From Lacunisphaera sp. (lineage in GTDB: Bacteria; Verrucomicrobiota; Verrucomicrobiia; Opitutales; Opitutaceae): a stretch of DNA of 64,000 nt. A model generated the notes under the pieces. It was not told where the DNA came from. It searched no databases and was given only the letters and a program-made list of their open reading frames with translations. The DNA lies in assembly GCA_039807025.1 (NCBI GenBank), contig JBDHQK010000001.1, positions 1,418 through 65,417 on the forward strand, read 5' to 3'. This document shows, piece by piece, positions 1 through 9,746 of the stretch. The stretch's first letter is position 1. Every line of letters begins with the position of its first letter. Made by a program: the position numbers and the translations under genes.

Positions 1-284
1 ATGGCCGAGAGCGGATCATTGATGTGCTGCGCGTAGAGCAGCCCGGTCTCCAGATGCGATTCCGCCGCATCGTCGCCCCGCTTCTCGATGACCTTCAGGA
101 AGGCCGACAACGCCTCCTGCCGGCGTCCGGCCTTGAGCAGCGCCTGACCCTCGCGATAGGCTGGCTCATCCAGCTCGACCGCCGTTTTCACGCGATCCCC
201 ACCGGTGCAACCGGCCAGCATCAGGGCCGCGAGCCCGAGCATGGGTCGCAGCCAGCGGGCAAATTTGGAGGAGCGCGGCAGCAC
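1..284 (-). CDS. TPR-containing lipoprotein, N-terminal part (runs off the window edge)
   Basis: Manual minus-strand translation: VLPRSSKFARWLRPMLGLAALMLAGCTGGDRVKTAVELDEPAYREGQALLKAGRRQEALSAFLKVIEKRGDDAAESHLETGLLY. Has an LAGC lipobox and TPR-like helices. Start is either GTG 284 or ATG 242. Confidence 0.7.
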   Translation of the reverse strand, partial: MLPRSSKFARWLRPMLGLAALMLAGCTGGDRVKTAVELDEPAYREGQALLKAGRRQEALSAFLKVIEKRGDDAAESHLETGLLYAQHINDPLSA

Positions 285-356
285 GGGCGGAAATGATTTG
301 AACGAGAATATGCGACCGCTAGGTTTGCGCCCACGTTCCGCCAACACAAGTTTTTG

Positions 357-1349
357 ATGCCCCTCTCCGATCAGACCATCCTCACCCGGGCCCGCCAATG
401 CCTCGCGGTCGAGCGCGCGGCCCTGGTGGCCACGGCCAAGGTGCTCGGCCGGGATTTCATCGCCGTGGTGCGGGCCGTCGAAACCGCCGTCGCCGCCGGG
501 CACAAAGTCATCTTTTCCGGCGTCGGCAAGAACGCCCACATCGCCGAAAAACTCACCGGCACGTTCAACAGCATCGGCGTCCCCTCTTGCTTTCTGGATG
601 CGACCCAGGCGCTGCATGGCGACCTCGGATTGTGCGCCGAGGGGGATATCGCGATCATGCTGAGCAACAGCGGCGCCACCGGGGAGATGCTGCGGCTGCT
701 GCCCTTGTTCGAAAAATTCGGCCTGGACACGGTCGCCCTCACCGGTGCGCCCGACAGCGAGCTGGCGCGCGGCTCGGACTACCGCCTGCTCTACTCCGCC
801 CCCCGCGAAGCCTGTCCGCTCGCGCTCGCCCCCACCGCCAGCACCACGGCCGCCCTCGCCCTGGGCGATGCTCTCGCCATGGTGCTGCTGGAAAGCCGCG
901 GCCTGACCCGGGAGGATTTTGCCAAATACCACCCGGCGGGCACCCTCGGCATGACCCTCCTGCTCCGGGTGAAGGACATCATGCGCACCGGCGATGCCTG
1001 CCCGGTGCTGAAGGAGGCCGGGACCACCGTGCAGGCCGCCATCTTCGCCATGACCAAGGCCAAGGCCGGAGCGGTGGCCCTCGTGGACCGTCGGGGCAGG
1101 TTGAGCGGCATCTTCACCGACGGCGACCTGCGGCGCAGCACCCTGAGCGGCGGGGCCAGCTTCCTGACGGCCCCGATCGGCAGCTTCATGACCCGCGGCG
1201 GCAAGACCGTGCCGGCCGAGGCGCTGGCCGTGGACGCCCTGAAGATTTTCCAGCAGTTCAAGATCTCGGACCTGTTTGCGCTCGATGCCAAACGCCGGCC
1301 CACCGGCTACATTGACGTGCAGGATCTGCCCAAGCTGAAGATCCTCTGA
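357..1349 (+). CDS. kdsD: KpsF/GutQ family arabinose-5-phosphate isomerase (SIS + 2 CBS domains)
   Basis: GVGKNAHIA, ALHGDLG, SNSGATGE, REACPLALAPTAST and FAKYHPAGTLG motifs, plus a C-terminal CBS pair (GIFTDGDLRR). Confidence 0.92.
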   Translation: MPLSDQTILTRARQCLAVERAALVATAKVLGRDFIAVVRAVETAVAAGHKVIFSGVGKNAHIAEKLTGTFNSIGVPSCFLDATQALHGDLGLCAEGDIAIMLSNSGATGEMLRLLPLFEKFGLDTVALTGAPDSELARGSDYRLLYSAPREACPLALAPTASTTAALALGDALAMVLLESRGLTREDFAKYHPAGTLGMTLLLRVKDIMRTGDACPVLKEAGTTVQAAIFAMTKAKAGAVALVDRRGRLSGIFTDGDLRRSTLSGGASFLTAPIGSFMTRGGKTVPAEALAVDALKIFQQFKISDLFALDAKRRPTGYIDVQDLPKLKIL

Positions 1350-1447
1350 CGCCGCCGGTTTATAGCGGCCAGACGAGGCGGTTATAGCCGCCGCGCCGGC
1401 CCGTTCCGGATTGCAGCCGGGAAGCCCGCCTTGTTCTGTCTGGAGCC

Positions 1448-2848
1448 ATGAACTTCCGCATTGAAACGGACACCATGGGCGAGGTGCAGGTGCCCGCCGA
1501 CAAATACTGGGGCGCCCAGACCGAGCGCTCCCGCAACAATTTCCGCATTGGCCCCGAGGGCAGCATGCCCCGCGAGATCATCCACGCCTTCGCCGTGCTC
1601 AAGAAGGCCGCCGCCCTCGCCAACCACGAACTCGGCGTGCTCCCCCTCGAGAAGCGCGACCTCATCGCCCGCGTCTGCGACGAGATCTCTGCCGGCCGGC
1701 TCGATGACCAGTTCCCCCTCGTCATCTGGCAGACCGGTTCCGGCACCCAGAGCAACATGAACGCCAATGAGGTCATCGCCAACCGCGCCCATGTCCTCTC
1801 CGGCGGCAAGCTGGCCGACGCGAAGAAGGTGCTGAACCCGAACGACGACGTGAACAAATCGCAGTCGTCCAACGACACCTTCCCCACGGCGATGCACATC
1901 GCGGCCTACGAGGTCGCCGTCACGGTCACCCTGCCCGGCCTCCAGCGCCTGCGCGACAGCCTGGCCGGAAAGGCCACCGCCTTTGCCCAGATCGTGAAGA
2001 CCGGCCGCACCCATCTCATGGACGCGACCCCGCTCACGCTCGGCCAGGAGTTCAGCGGCTATGTGCAGCAGCTCGACAACGGCATGCGCGCCATCCGCAA
2101 CGCCCTCGAGATGCTCCGCGAGCTGGCGCTCGGCGGCACCGCCGTCGGCACCGGGCTCAACACGCCTGCGGGCTACGACGTGCTCGTGGCGAAGAAGATC
2201 GCCGAGCTCACCGGCCGCCCCTTCATCACCGCGCCGAACAAGTTCGAGGCTCTGGCCGCGCACGATGCGATGGTCGAACTCTCCGGCGCCCTCAGGCGCG
2301 CCGCCGTCTCCCTGATGAAGATCGCCAACGACATCCGCATGCTGAGCTCCGGCCCGCGCTCCGGCATCGGTGAGCTCATCATCCCGGACAACGAACCCGG
2401 CTCCTCCATCATGCCCGGCAAGGTCAACCCGACGCAGCCCGAAGCCCTGACGATGGTCTGCGCCCAAGTCATGGGCAACGATGTCGCCGTCGGCATCGGC
2501 GGTGCCACCGGTCATTTCGAGCTCAACGTCTTCAAGCCCGTCATCGCAGCCAACGTGCTGCAGAGCGCCCGCCTGATTGGCGACGCCTGCGTGTCATTCG
2601 CCGACAAGTGCTCCGACGGCATCGAGGCAAACAAGCCTATCCTCCAACGCCACCTGGAGAACTCGCTCATGCTCGTCACCGCCCTCAACCCGCACATCGG
2701 CTATGCAAAGGCGGCAGAGATCGCGAAGAAGGCGCACAAGGAGAACACGACGCTGAAGGCCGCCGCCATCAAGCTCGGTCACCTCACGGCCGAGCAGTTC
2801 GACGCTTGGGTGCGGCCGGAGGACATGACCGGCTCGCTCAAGCCGTAA
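1448..2848 (+). CDS. fumC: Class II fumarate hydratase
   Basis: [11 protein letters not shown] signature, [24 protein letters not shown]. Confidence 0.97.
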   Translation: MNFRIETDTMGEVQVPADKYWGAQTERSRNNFRIGPEGSMPREIIHAFAVLKKAAALANHELGVLPLEKRDLIARVCDEISAGRLDDQFPLVIWQTGSGTQSNMNANEVIANRAHVLSGGKLADAKKVLNPNDDVNKSQSSNDTFPTAMHIAAYEVAVTVTLPGLQRLRDSLAGKATAFAQIVKTGRTHLMDATPLTLGQEFSGYVQQLDNGMRAIRNALEMLRELALGGTAVGTGLNTPAGYDVLVAKKIAELTGRPFITAPNKFEALAAHDAMVELSGALRRAAVSLMKIANDIRMLSSGPRSGIGELIIPDNEPGSSIMPGKVNPTQPEALTMVCAQVMGNDVAVGIGGATGHFELNVFKPVIAANVLQSARLIGDACVSFADKCSDGIEANKPILQRHLENSLMLVTALNPHIGYAKAAEIAKKAHKENTTLKAAAIKLGHLTAEQFDAWVRPEDMTGSLKP

Positions 2849-2872
2849 AAAAAGCCCGCCGAAATTGCGGGC
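2847..2872 (-). terminator. Intrinsic terminator between convergent genes
   Basis: GCCCGC..GCGGGC stem next to an A7 run (U-tract on the minus strand). Confidence 0.55.
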
Positions 2873-2894
2873 AACAATGAGGCGGAAAGGACGC

Positions 2895-3701
2895 TTAGAA
2901 GCGGAATGCCACGATCTGAGGCATCGGGGTGCCAAAAGCGTCAAGCTCCCGGCTCATGCGCGAGCCGCGATCGGCCGACTCCGCATTACCGAGGCGCCGG
3001 GCCAAGCGTTCCCGTACCACGGCAGGTGGCGCCGGCTCCGGGTTAAGCTGCCGACCCTCATATTGGGCCAGCAGACGATTGCGCCGCGAGGTGGGATTGG
3101 GCACGGAGGCGAGTTCATCGGTGGACGCGACCGTTGCCACCCGCACCGGAGGGCTCAGGCGATTGCTGAGAACCTCCTTCCCAAAATCAGCCTCGGTCGC
3201 GGCAAGCCCGTTGTAGTTGTCCGCCAGCAGGCGGGCGGAGGGCCTCTCGGCCTCGCGCGATTCCATCAACCGGGACATCACCTCGGCCGTGGGCTCCGCG
3301 GCAACCGGAGAGTCGGTCATTGGGCCGCTTCCCATCGCGGCGACCGTCTCACCGCGATTGACCAACGGGGAACTGACCGGAGCCGCCGACCCAGCCGCCT
3401 CGTGATCGGCCGCACCCGGGGCACCCGCCGCCGGCACCATCACCGATTCTGATTGGGAGGGGGCGTAATATTTCACGGACACCAAGGTGAACGCCAGTAT
3501 CGCCGTGGCCCCAACCGGCAGATAAGCGCGCCGGGCCAATAGCTGCGGCAATTCCCGCCACCAAGGACGCTTCTCCAGCAGGGCCGCGAGTTGCTTCTGG
3601 CGCAGCTCGCGCTCGAAACCATTCCAGAACTCCGCCGCCGGGCGCTCGGCGCGCTTGAGGCGCAACAGGTCCTCGACGGTGACTTTGGGTCGTTGATCCA
3701 T
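2895..3701 (-). CDS. Single-TM membrane protein, putative anti-sigma factor
   Basis: Directly downstream of the ECF sigma. Short cytoplasmic N-terminus (EDLLRLKRAERPAAEFW), one TM segment (YLPVGATAILAFTLV) and a low-complexity C-terminus. Confidence 0.65.
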   Translation of the reverse strand: MDQRPKVTVEDLLRLKRAERPAAEFWNGFERELRQKQLAALLEKRPWWRELPQLLARRAYLPVGATAILAFTLVSVKYYAPSQSESVMVPAAGAPGAADHEAAGSAAPVSSPLVNRGETVAAMGSGPMTDSPVAAEPTAEVMSRLMESREAERPSARLLADNYNGLAATEADFGKEVLSNRLSPPVRVATVASTDELASVPNPTSRRNRLLAQYEGRQLNPEPAPPAVVRERLARRLGNAESADRGSRMSRELDAFGTPMPQIVAFRF

Positions 3702-3715
3702 TGGGGTCGTGGTCT

Positions 3716-4348
3716 TCAGGAGCGGAGATACTTGCCAAGCTCACCCTGCAGGAACTGCTTGGCGTAGTGCAGGCGGGAGCGAACCGTGCCCTCGGAGCAG
3801 CCCATGACTTCGGCTATCTCGGAGTGGCTGAGACCGTCTATTTCAAAAAGGGTAATCACAGTGCGGTGTGGGATAGACAGTTTTTGCAGCGCTTCGTTCA
3901 ATTTTTCCTTGAGCTCCTGCAGGCAGGCATCCCGGTCCGCCCCTTTCTTATCAGTCAATTGGTCAATGACTTGCGCGTTTACCCCATCTTCCGTGATCTT
4001 CTCCAGGCTGAAAAAACTGCGCGCCCGATTCTTTCGCAGGTGGCTCAGGGTGGTGTTGATGGCGATTTTGTAGAGCCAGGTGAAGAAGGCGCAATGGCCC
4101 TGAAAACGATGGATCGACTGAAATGCCTTGATGAACGCGTCCTGGGTCAGGTCCGAGGCATCCTCCCGGTTCGCGGTGAGATTGTAAACCACCCCAAAGA
4201 CGCGCTCGCGGTATTTGAGGATCAAGCGGTCAAAAGCCGCCACATCACCCGCCTGCACCTGTTTCACCACCGTGAGGTCCGCGTCCGCCTCCTGCTGCCG
4301 CTCGGGGGAGCTGGTGAGAGCCTTGGTGAACACCCGGGACAAATTCAT
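3716..4348 (-). CDS. ECF RNA polymerase sigma factor (RpoE/SigW-like)
   Basis: Region 2 DASDLTQDAFIKAF..FFTWLYKIAIN and region 4 GLSHSEIAEVMGCSEGTVRSRLHYAK. Confidence 0.93.
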   Translation of the reverse strand: MNLSRVFTKALTSSPERQQEADADLTVVKQVQAGDVAAFDRLILKYRERVFGVVYNLTANREDASDLTQDAFIKAFQSIHRFQGHCAFFTWLYKIAINTTLSHLRKNRARSFFSLEKITEDGVNAQVIDQLTDKKGADRDACLQELKEKLNEALQKLSIPHRTVITLFEIDGLSHSEIAEVMGCSEGTVRSRLHYAKQFLQGELGKYLRS

Positions 4349-4396
4349 GGTGGGGACGGTGAGACTATGGCCGCGTCGGGGCCAAGCAAACGCAAA

Positions 4397-5440
4397 TTAT
4401 GGTGAAACGGCCGGCACCGCGAGCGCGGCGACCTGCGCCCGCAGCATTCCACCCAGTTGCCGCATAAGCGGAACCGGCGCGAGCTGAGCAAATGGCCCCA
4501 GCGCCTCGGCGGCCACCGCCAGCTCGGCCTCAATGGCCCGCACCACCCCGGTGGCGATGCCCAGCTCCTGCATGCGCTGCCTGCTGGCGGCGAGACCCGG
4601 CGGCTGCCCGCCGCGCATGGCCGTGATGATGGCGGCACGCTCCCCTTCCGCGACCTGCTCCAGCAACAACATCAGGGGCAGGGTGAGTTTGCCCGTGGCG
4701 AGATCGGTGCCGAGCGTCTTGCCGATGCGCTGTTCCTCGCCCACGAAATCCACCAGATCATCATACATCTGGTAGGCGATGCCCAGATGGTGGCCAAAAC
4801 GGTCGGCCGCGGTGGCAAACGCCAGGTCATGCCCCGACAGGCGGGCCCCGAGAAAGCAGGAGACGCGAAAGAGCTCGGCGGTCTTCAGGTCGATCATGCG
4901 CCGGTATTCCGCCAGGGTGATGTTGAGATCACGCCGGCGCAGCGTCTGCATGATCTCGCCGGAGCAGACCCTGCGGGTGGATTCCGACACGACCCGGCAG
5001 ACCTCCGTGGTGGGAAACCGCGCCGCGATGTGCAAGGCCTGCGAGAAAAGTGCGTCACCGAGCAGCACGGCCGCATCCGGGCCGAACTCGCGCGCCGCCG
5101 TGCGCCGGCTCCGGCGGATTTCGGCGCGGTCCATGATGTCGTCGTGCACCAGGGTCGCGAGATGCACCATCTCGACAACCGCCGCCGCGCGCACCAGGTC
5201 ATCCGGCACCATCCCCTCGCCCTGCCAGCCGCTGACAAACACCAAGGTCGGGCGCAGGCGCTTGCCCGTGGTGTCGAGGCAATAGGCCGCCATCCGGCGG
5301 ATCTCGGGCTCGAATTGCTCCACCTCATTCTGCATGAAGCGATCCAGCGCCGCCATGTGCGGGCCCACCCGCTCAAACAGCCCGGAAAATTCCTGCGGCG
5401 GAGGTGGCGGTGGGCGGGAGGGAATCACGGCGCTGGGCAT
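4397..5440 (-). CDS. Polyprenyl diphosphate synthase (IspB/HepT-like)
   Basis: GKRLRP, first DDxxD (HDDIMD..RR), KTAELF, second DDxxD (YDDLVD), GKLTLP. Start taken at MPSAVIPS. Confidence 0.9.
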   Translation of the reverse strand: MPSAVIPSRPPPPPPQEFSGLFERVGPHMAALDRFMQNEVEQFEPEIRRMAAYCLDTTGKRLRPTLVFVSGWQGEGMVPDDLVRAAAVVEMVHLATLVHDDIMDRAEIRRSRRTAAREFGPDAAVLLGDALFSQALHIAARFPTTEVCRVVSESTRRVCSGEIMQTLRRRDLNITLAEYRRMIDLKTAELFRVSCFLGARLSGHDLAFATAADRFGHHLGIAYQMYDDLVDFVGEEQRIGKTLGTDLATGKLTLPLMLLLEQVAEGERAAIITAMRGGQPPGLAASRQRMQELGIATGVVRAIEAELAVAAEALGPFAQLAPVPLMRQLGGMLRAQVAALAVPAVSP

Positions 5441-5531
5441 CCGCCGGAACCTAGCCCGGTCGTCCCAAATGGCTAACAAATACTGCACGGCGGTCTTGCC
5501 AGGCGCCGAAGCAATCCCCTTTCGTGGAGTC

Positions 5532-6146
5532 ATGGGACAGGACAATCCTTGGCTGCTCGTCGGCCTGCTGGTGGCCGGCGGCGTGGTCGCCAAGTGGTGG
5601 CGCGACGACTACCTGTCCGCCCGTCGGGGCGCCCCTCACCCGCGGGCATTTCCGGGTGCCACACCGGCCAAGGCCGGCGCCCTGCTGATCGCAGCCGGCG
5701 GCGCGCTGGTGCTGCTGGCCGCCGAAACCGCCGGTGAATACGCGCTCGGGCTGACCGCGCAACAAACGTCGATCACCGCACTCTTCGGGCTCTACACCCT
5801 GATGGCCGCTTTTGCCGAGGAACTGGTGTTTCGCGGCTATCTCGTGGTGGAGCACCGCGGCCGCACGGCGCTGGTGGCCGGCATCGTCGGAGCCTCCCTC
5901 GGGTTTGCTCTCCTGCACCCGTTCCTGTGGACCTGGCGGGACGGAGCCTTGCACCTGAACGGCAGTGGCAAGGCTTGGTTCAGCACGGCGGCGATCTTCG
6001 CCGGCTCCCTGTGGTTCTATGCCGTGCGCTTTCTCCCGGCAAATCCCACGCGCTCGCTGCTGCCCTGCGTGGCCGCGCATCTGACGAAGAACCTGGGTGT
6101 CCTCGTCATCAAATATGCCCAGGGTTTCGTGAGCGGCTGGTGGTAG
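5532..6146 (+). CDS. CPBP (Abi/CAAX) family intramembrane metalloprotease
   Basis: EELVFRG, FALLH and AAHLTKN motifs, multiple TM segments. Confidence 0.85.
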   Translation: MGQDNPWLLVGLLVAGGVVAKWWRDDYLSARRGAPHPRAFPGATPAKAGALLIAAGGALVLLAAETAGEYALGLTAQQTSITALFGLYTLMAAFAEELVFRGYLVVEHRGRTALVAGIVGASLGFALLHPFLWTWRDGALHLNGSGKAWFSTAAIFAGSLWFYAVRFLPANPTRSLLPCVAAHLTKNLGVLVIKYAQGFVSGWW

Positions 6147-6161
6147 GGATTGGGGCCGGAC

Positions 6162-6192
6162 AAAAAAAGACCGGCGGATCTCTCCGCCGGCC
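6162..6192 (-). terminator. Intrinsic terminator of the secretin operon
   Basis: CCGGCGGA..TCCGCCGG stem preceded by A7 on the + strand. Confidence 0.65.
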
Positions 6193-6219
6193 AGGCTAAA
6201 CAGAAAGGAGTGGCGTGCC

Positions 6220-8028
6220 TTATTTCTTCGCCGGAGCCGCCGGGGCGGCATACACGTCGGTGCCCTTGGGGGCGCGGTAGCCGGGCAGCTCGTCGCGGGT
6301 AATGCCGGTGGCCGTGATGGCGCGGGGATCAAAGACATCCTCCGGGGCCCCGCCATCCGCCGAAACGGTCCGGGCGGTGATGAAGATCAGCAGGTTGGTG
6401 GACACGTTGTTCACGCTCTTGTTGGAGAAGAGGCGGCCCAGGAGCGGGATGCTGCCCAGCACCGGCACCTTGTTGCCGCCGTCGGACTTGGAGTCGGTGA
6501 TCAGGCCGCCGATGCCCATGGTAAAGCCATCCTTGAGCGAGACCTGGGTCTTCACCTTGCGGGTCGAGATGATCGGGATCTGGGCGCCGCCGGCGCCACC
6601 GAAGGAGGTGGAGTCGGCCTGCTGGCTGACCTCGGGCTCGAGGCTCATCTTGATGACGCCGCGGGCGTTCACCTGCGGGGTGACCTTGAGGATGATGCCG
6701 ATCGGCTTGTATTGGAAGCCGGACACCTCGAAGGTGCCGCGCTCGCTGTTGTAGGTGTAGCTCGGGATCGGGAACTCGGAACCGATGTTCAGCACGGCCT
6801 CGGTGTTGTTGAGGGTGACGATGGTGGGGTTCGACATCACCTTGGTGTTGGCCTGCGTCTTGAGCGCGGAGACGATGATGTTGAAGTCCGAGGAGGAGAA
6901 GACCGCCGTGGCCAGACGGTTGGTCGAGCCGGTGTTCGTGAGGCCGAGCAGGTTGCTGACCGCATTCGAGGCGGAGTTCGAAAGGGTGTTGCTCAGGGTG
7001 GTGGAGGTGTTGCCCGTGGTGGTCGGCGCATTGGTGGTAACAACGGTTTGTCCCGTCTGGGCCGGGCTGGCGATTGTGTTAGTCGTGACGGTATTCGTGC
7101 TGTTGGCCGGAATTGCCAAGTCATTGACCACCGCAGTGGTAACCGTGGTGGCCGTGGGATTGAGCGGGTTGGTGGCCTGCGTCACGCTGGTCTGGGTGCC
7201 GGCAATGGAGCTGTTGGCGGTATTGGTGCCATTGCTGCCGACGGAGGAGGAGTTGACGTTGCCCGAGCTGTTCGAGCCGTTGCTGAACGTCTGGCCGCGA
7301 TCGCGGTTGAAGGTCTGGCGAATGCCGCTGACGCCGAACTGCATGCCCTGAAGCGAGGCCCAGTTGACGCCGATGTTGCGGATGTCGCGGTCGCTCACCT
7401 CGACAAACTTGGACTCGATCATCACCTGGTCGGTGGCCTTGTCGAGCTGCTCGATGATGGAGCGGATGCGGCCCATGCGGGAGGGGCGCTCGGTGATGAC
7501 GAGGGCGTTGCTGCGGGCGTCGATCACGATCTTGCCGCCGGTCGCGGCATCAATGAGGCCGTCGATGGTGGGCTTGATGTCGATGGCCTTGGCGTTGTTG
7601 AGGATGAACACCTCGGTGGTGCCGGGCTCGAGCTGCAGGAGCTCGTTGCTGACAATCTTGATGATGCTGCCGTCCTCGACGTAGGTGTAGCCCACCGGCG
7701 CAAGCACGACCTGGAAGATCTGGCGCCAGGTGACATCACGGAGCTTGATGGAGGTCTTGCCGGTCAGCGTGTCGGGCACCACGAGGTTGAGCTCGAAGAG
7801 GTCGGCGACGTTGCGGAGGATGGTCTTGATGTCCTCGTCGGGGAAATCGACCGAGAGGGTGTCCTTGTCCCGGCTGACGGGAGCCCCGGTGGGCTCGGCG
7901 CCCTTCACGGTGGCGACAGGAGCGGCCGGTTCGGCGGGGGCGGCCGCCGCCTTGGTTTCTGATTGGGCGAGGGCCGGCATGGTCAGTGCCGTGGCGAGGA
8001 GCGCGGTGAGGAGGGTGCGTGTGCTCAT
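6220..8028 (-). CDS. Secretin (PilQ/GspD family)
   Basis: Signal peptide, N0 and N3 domains (IDARSNALVI), QVMIESKFVEV, GIILKVTPQV, KVPVLGSIPLLGRLF. Confidence 0.92.
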   Translation of the reverse strand: MSTRTLLTALLATALTMPALAQSETKAAAAPAEPAAPVATVKGAEPTGAPVSRDKDTLSVDFPDEDIKTILRNVADLFELNLVVPDTLTGKTSIKLRDVTWRQIFQVVLAPVGYTYVEDGSIIKIVSNELLQLEPGTTEVFILNNAKAIDIKPTIDGLIDAATGGKIVIDARSNALVITERPSRMGRIRSIIEQLDKATDQVMIESKFVEVSDRDIRNIGVNWASLQGMQFGVSGIRQTFNRDRGQTFSNGSNSSGNVNSSSVGSNGTNTANSSIAGTQTSVTQATNPLNPTATTVTTAVVNDLAIPANSTNTVTTNTIASPAQTGQTVVTTNAPTTTGNTSTTLSNTLSNSASNAVSNLLGLTNTGSTNRLATAVFSSSDFNIIVSALKTQANTKVMSNPTIVTLNNTEAVLNIGSEFPIPSYTYNSERGTFEVSGFQYKPIGIILKVTPQVNARGVIKMSLEPEVSQQADSTSFGGAGGAQIPIISTRKVKTQVSLKDGFTMGIGGLITDSKSDGGNKVPVLGSIPLLGRLFSNKSVNNVSTNLLIFITARTVSADGGAPEDVFDPRAITATGITRDELPGYRAPKGTDVYAAPAAPAKK

Positions 8029-8038
8029 AGTTCGTTCC

Positions 8039-8548
8039 TTATTTGATGGTCCGGGTAAATTCTTCGCGGTTCAGGCGAAGGGAGAAGTTGGTCCGATCGA
8101 TGCTGGTGATTTCTAGGGTGTATTGGTTGCCTTCAAAGGTAATAGTCAGGATGTCGCCGGCTTTGACCCGCTTTTGACCGAAGGACAGCGAGGCCTGGCC
8201 GCCGAGCACGATATAGCCGCTCGGCTTCAGGCCCTTGGCGATGGCCTCGAGCAACTCGCGATCCCCGCGCGGCCCGGTCGGAACCTGCGCAGTCGCGTCG
8301 CCGCCGCCCGTGCTGGCCGTGGTGGTGCCGGTGGACCGCCCCAGTCCGGCTACCGTTTCGGCAAAAGCCTCGGGGTAAAACGGGTTTACGGCCAGAGGGG
8401 CGATCTCATTCAAAGCAAGGAGGGATTTGCCGCGCTCCAAGGCTGCCTGGCGCTTGGCCGGGATCAACACGGTGTTGGCCGACGCCATGCTCAGGCCACC
8501 CGCCATGAGCAGGGCCGCACAAGTGACATGGATGAGGTTGGTTTTCAT
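8039..8548 (-). CDS. Exported protein in the PilP position
   Basis: Signal peptide and beta-rich C-terminus (KRVKAGDILT). Lies between the PilO-like gene and the secretin. Confidence 0.6.
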   Translation of the reverse strand: MKTNLIHVTCAALLMAGGLSMASANTVLIPAKRQAALERGKSLLALNEIAPLAVNPFYPEAFAETVAGLGRSTGTTTASTGGGDATAQVPTGPRGDRELLEAIAKGLKPSGYIVLGGQASLSFGQKRVKAGDILTITFEGNQYTLEITSIDRTNFSLRLNREEFTRTIK

Positions 8549-9111
8549 GGCTGTCCCAGAAGTTCAAGGCTGAGCGTGAGGCTCATGCCCATGCCGGATT
8601 GCTGCGAGCTCTCGCTGGCCCCAGCATTCTTGGCGAGGGTGGCCGTGGTGATGTGGCAGTAATGCCGCCCGTGCTCCAAGCGTTGCAGGAACGCCATCAC
8701 CTGCTTGTAGGATCCCTGCACGTTTACATTGTAGGGAATCCCCACGAAGGGCCCCTTGGCCGATTTGGGAATCGGGTTCTGCCGGACATCCAGCAGCTTG
8801 ACCTCATTCTCGGCCTCCAGCTTGTAAAAATACTGGAGGTTCACGGCCAACTGGCCGGCGCGAACCATGCGGCCTTCAAATTCCTTGGCGAAGCCCTGCA
8901 TCTCGGCTACCTGCTCGGGCAGATTTTTCGCTACGCCCACGTTGGATACGATGGTGGCCCGCTCAGTCGATTTGGCCTCATAGTCCGCCTGCAGCTTGTC
9001 AATTTCACCGCTGCGGAAATAAAGCCAGCCGGCACTCAACAGACAGATCAGGCCAAGGGCGAAGCCAATGGGCTGTTTCTTGATGCGCGCAACAATGTCG
9101 GCGAAGGTCAT
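8545..9111 (-). CDS. PilO-like type IV pilus assembly protein
   Basis: N-terminal TM, coiled coil, ferredoxin-like fold segment (YNVNVQGSYKQVMAFLQRLE). Confidence 0.75.
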   Translation of the reverse strand: MTFADIVARIKKQPIGFALGLICLLSAGWLYFRSGEIDKLQADYEAKSTERATIVSNVGVAKNLPEQVAEMQGFAKEFEGRMVRAGQLAVNLQYFYKLEAENEVKLLDVRQNPIPKSAKGPFVGIPYNVNVQGSYKQVMAFLQRLEHGRHYCHITTATLAKNAGASESSQQSGMGMSLTLSLELLGQP

Positions 9112-9746
9112 TATTTTTTCCCCTCGGTTTTGACTTTCAGCGAAATCTCAATGGACATGAACCCCGTGCTTGGATCGGGCGTCAGTTTTTCGAGCGTAAT
9201 GGGATCGAATAGCGCCCCTAGCTTCGGGTGCGCCCTGAGCACATCCACGTAGCTGGAAGCAGCCCCAGCCGCCTGGTCACGGCTGCCGGCCACGACCCCG
9301 CGCAGGGAATAAAGCTGATTCTTGCCATCGGCAGGCGCCCGGATGTCGGCCATGTCGATGGATATCTCCTTGGGCAGGGTCTGACCAATCAGCATCACAT
9401 ACTCCGAGACCCCGATCGGCGTTTTCAGGAAGGCCTCCGCATCGGACAATTTCTTGTCTTCCTGGGTAAACAGCTGGGACAAGCGCAACGCCTCGGCATT
9501 CTTCTTTGCATTGCTGTCGATCTCGCGCTGGGCCTCGGCAATTTGCTCGCTGATGCTGTGGATGCGAAATTCCCGGTAGCCGACCCAGAGCAATAGCGCG
9601 ACCGCCAGGGCGCCGGCCGCCGTGTTAATGAAGAAGGTCGTGCGCACGACCTTTGTGTCCGGCAACCGGTCAAAGTTGCGGAAGTTCGTGTGCCAGAGGG
9701 GCGCCGCCACCGGCTGGGCGTCACTTTTTTTCGTCAGGGACAGCAT
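9111..9746 (-). CDS. PilN-like protein
   Basis: Short N-terminus, TM, coiled coil and a C-terminal alpha/beta domain. Sits between pilM-like and pilO-like genes with overlapping stop/start codons. Confidence 0.65.
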   Translation of the reverse strand: MLSLTKKSDAQPVAAPLWHTNFRNFDRLPDTKVVRTTFFINTAAGALAVALLLWVGYREFRIHSISEQIAEAQREIDSNAKKNAEALRLSQLFTQEDKKLSDAEAFLKTPIGVSEYVMLIGQTLPKEISIDMADIRAPADGKNQLYSLRGVVAGSRDQAAGAASSYVDVLRAHPKLGALFDPITLEKLTPDPSTGFMSIEISLKVKTEGKK

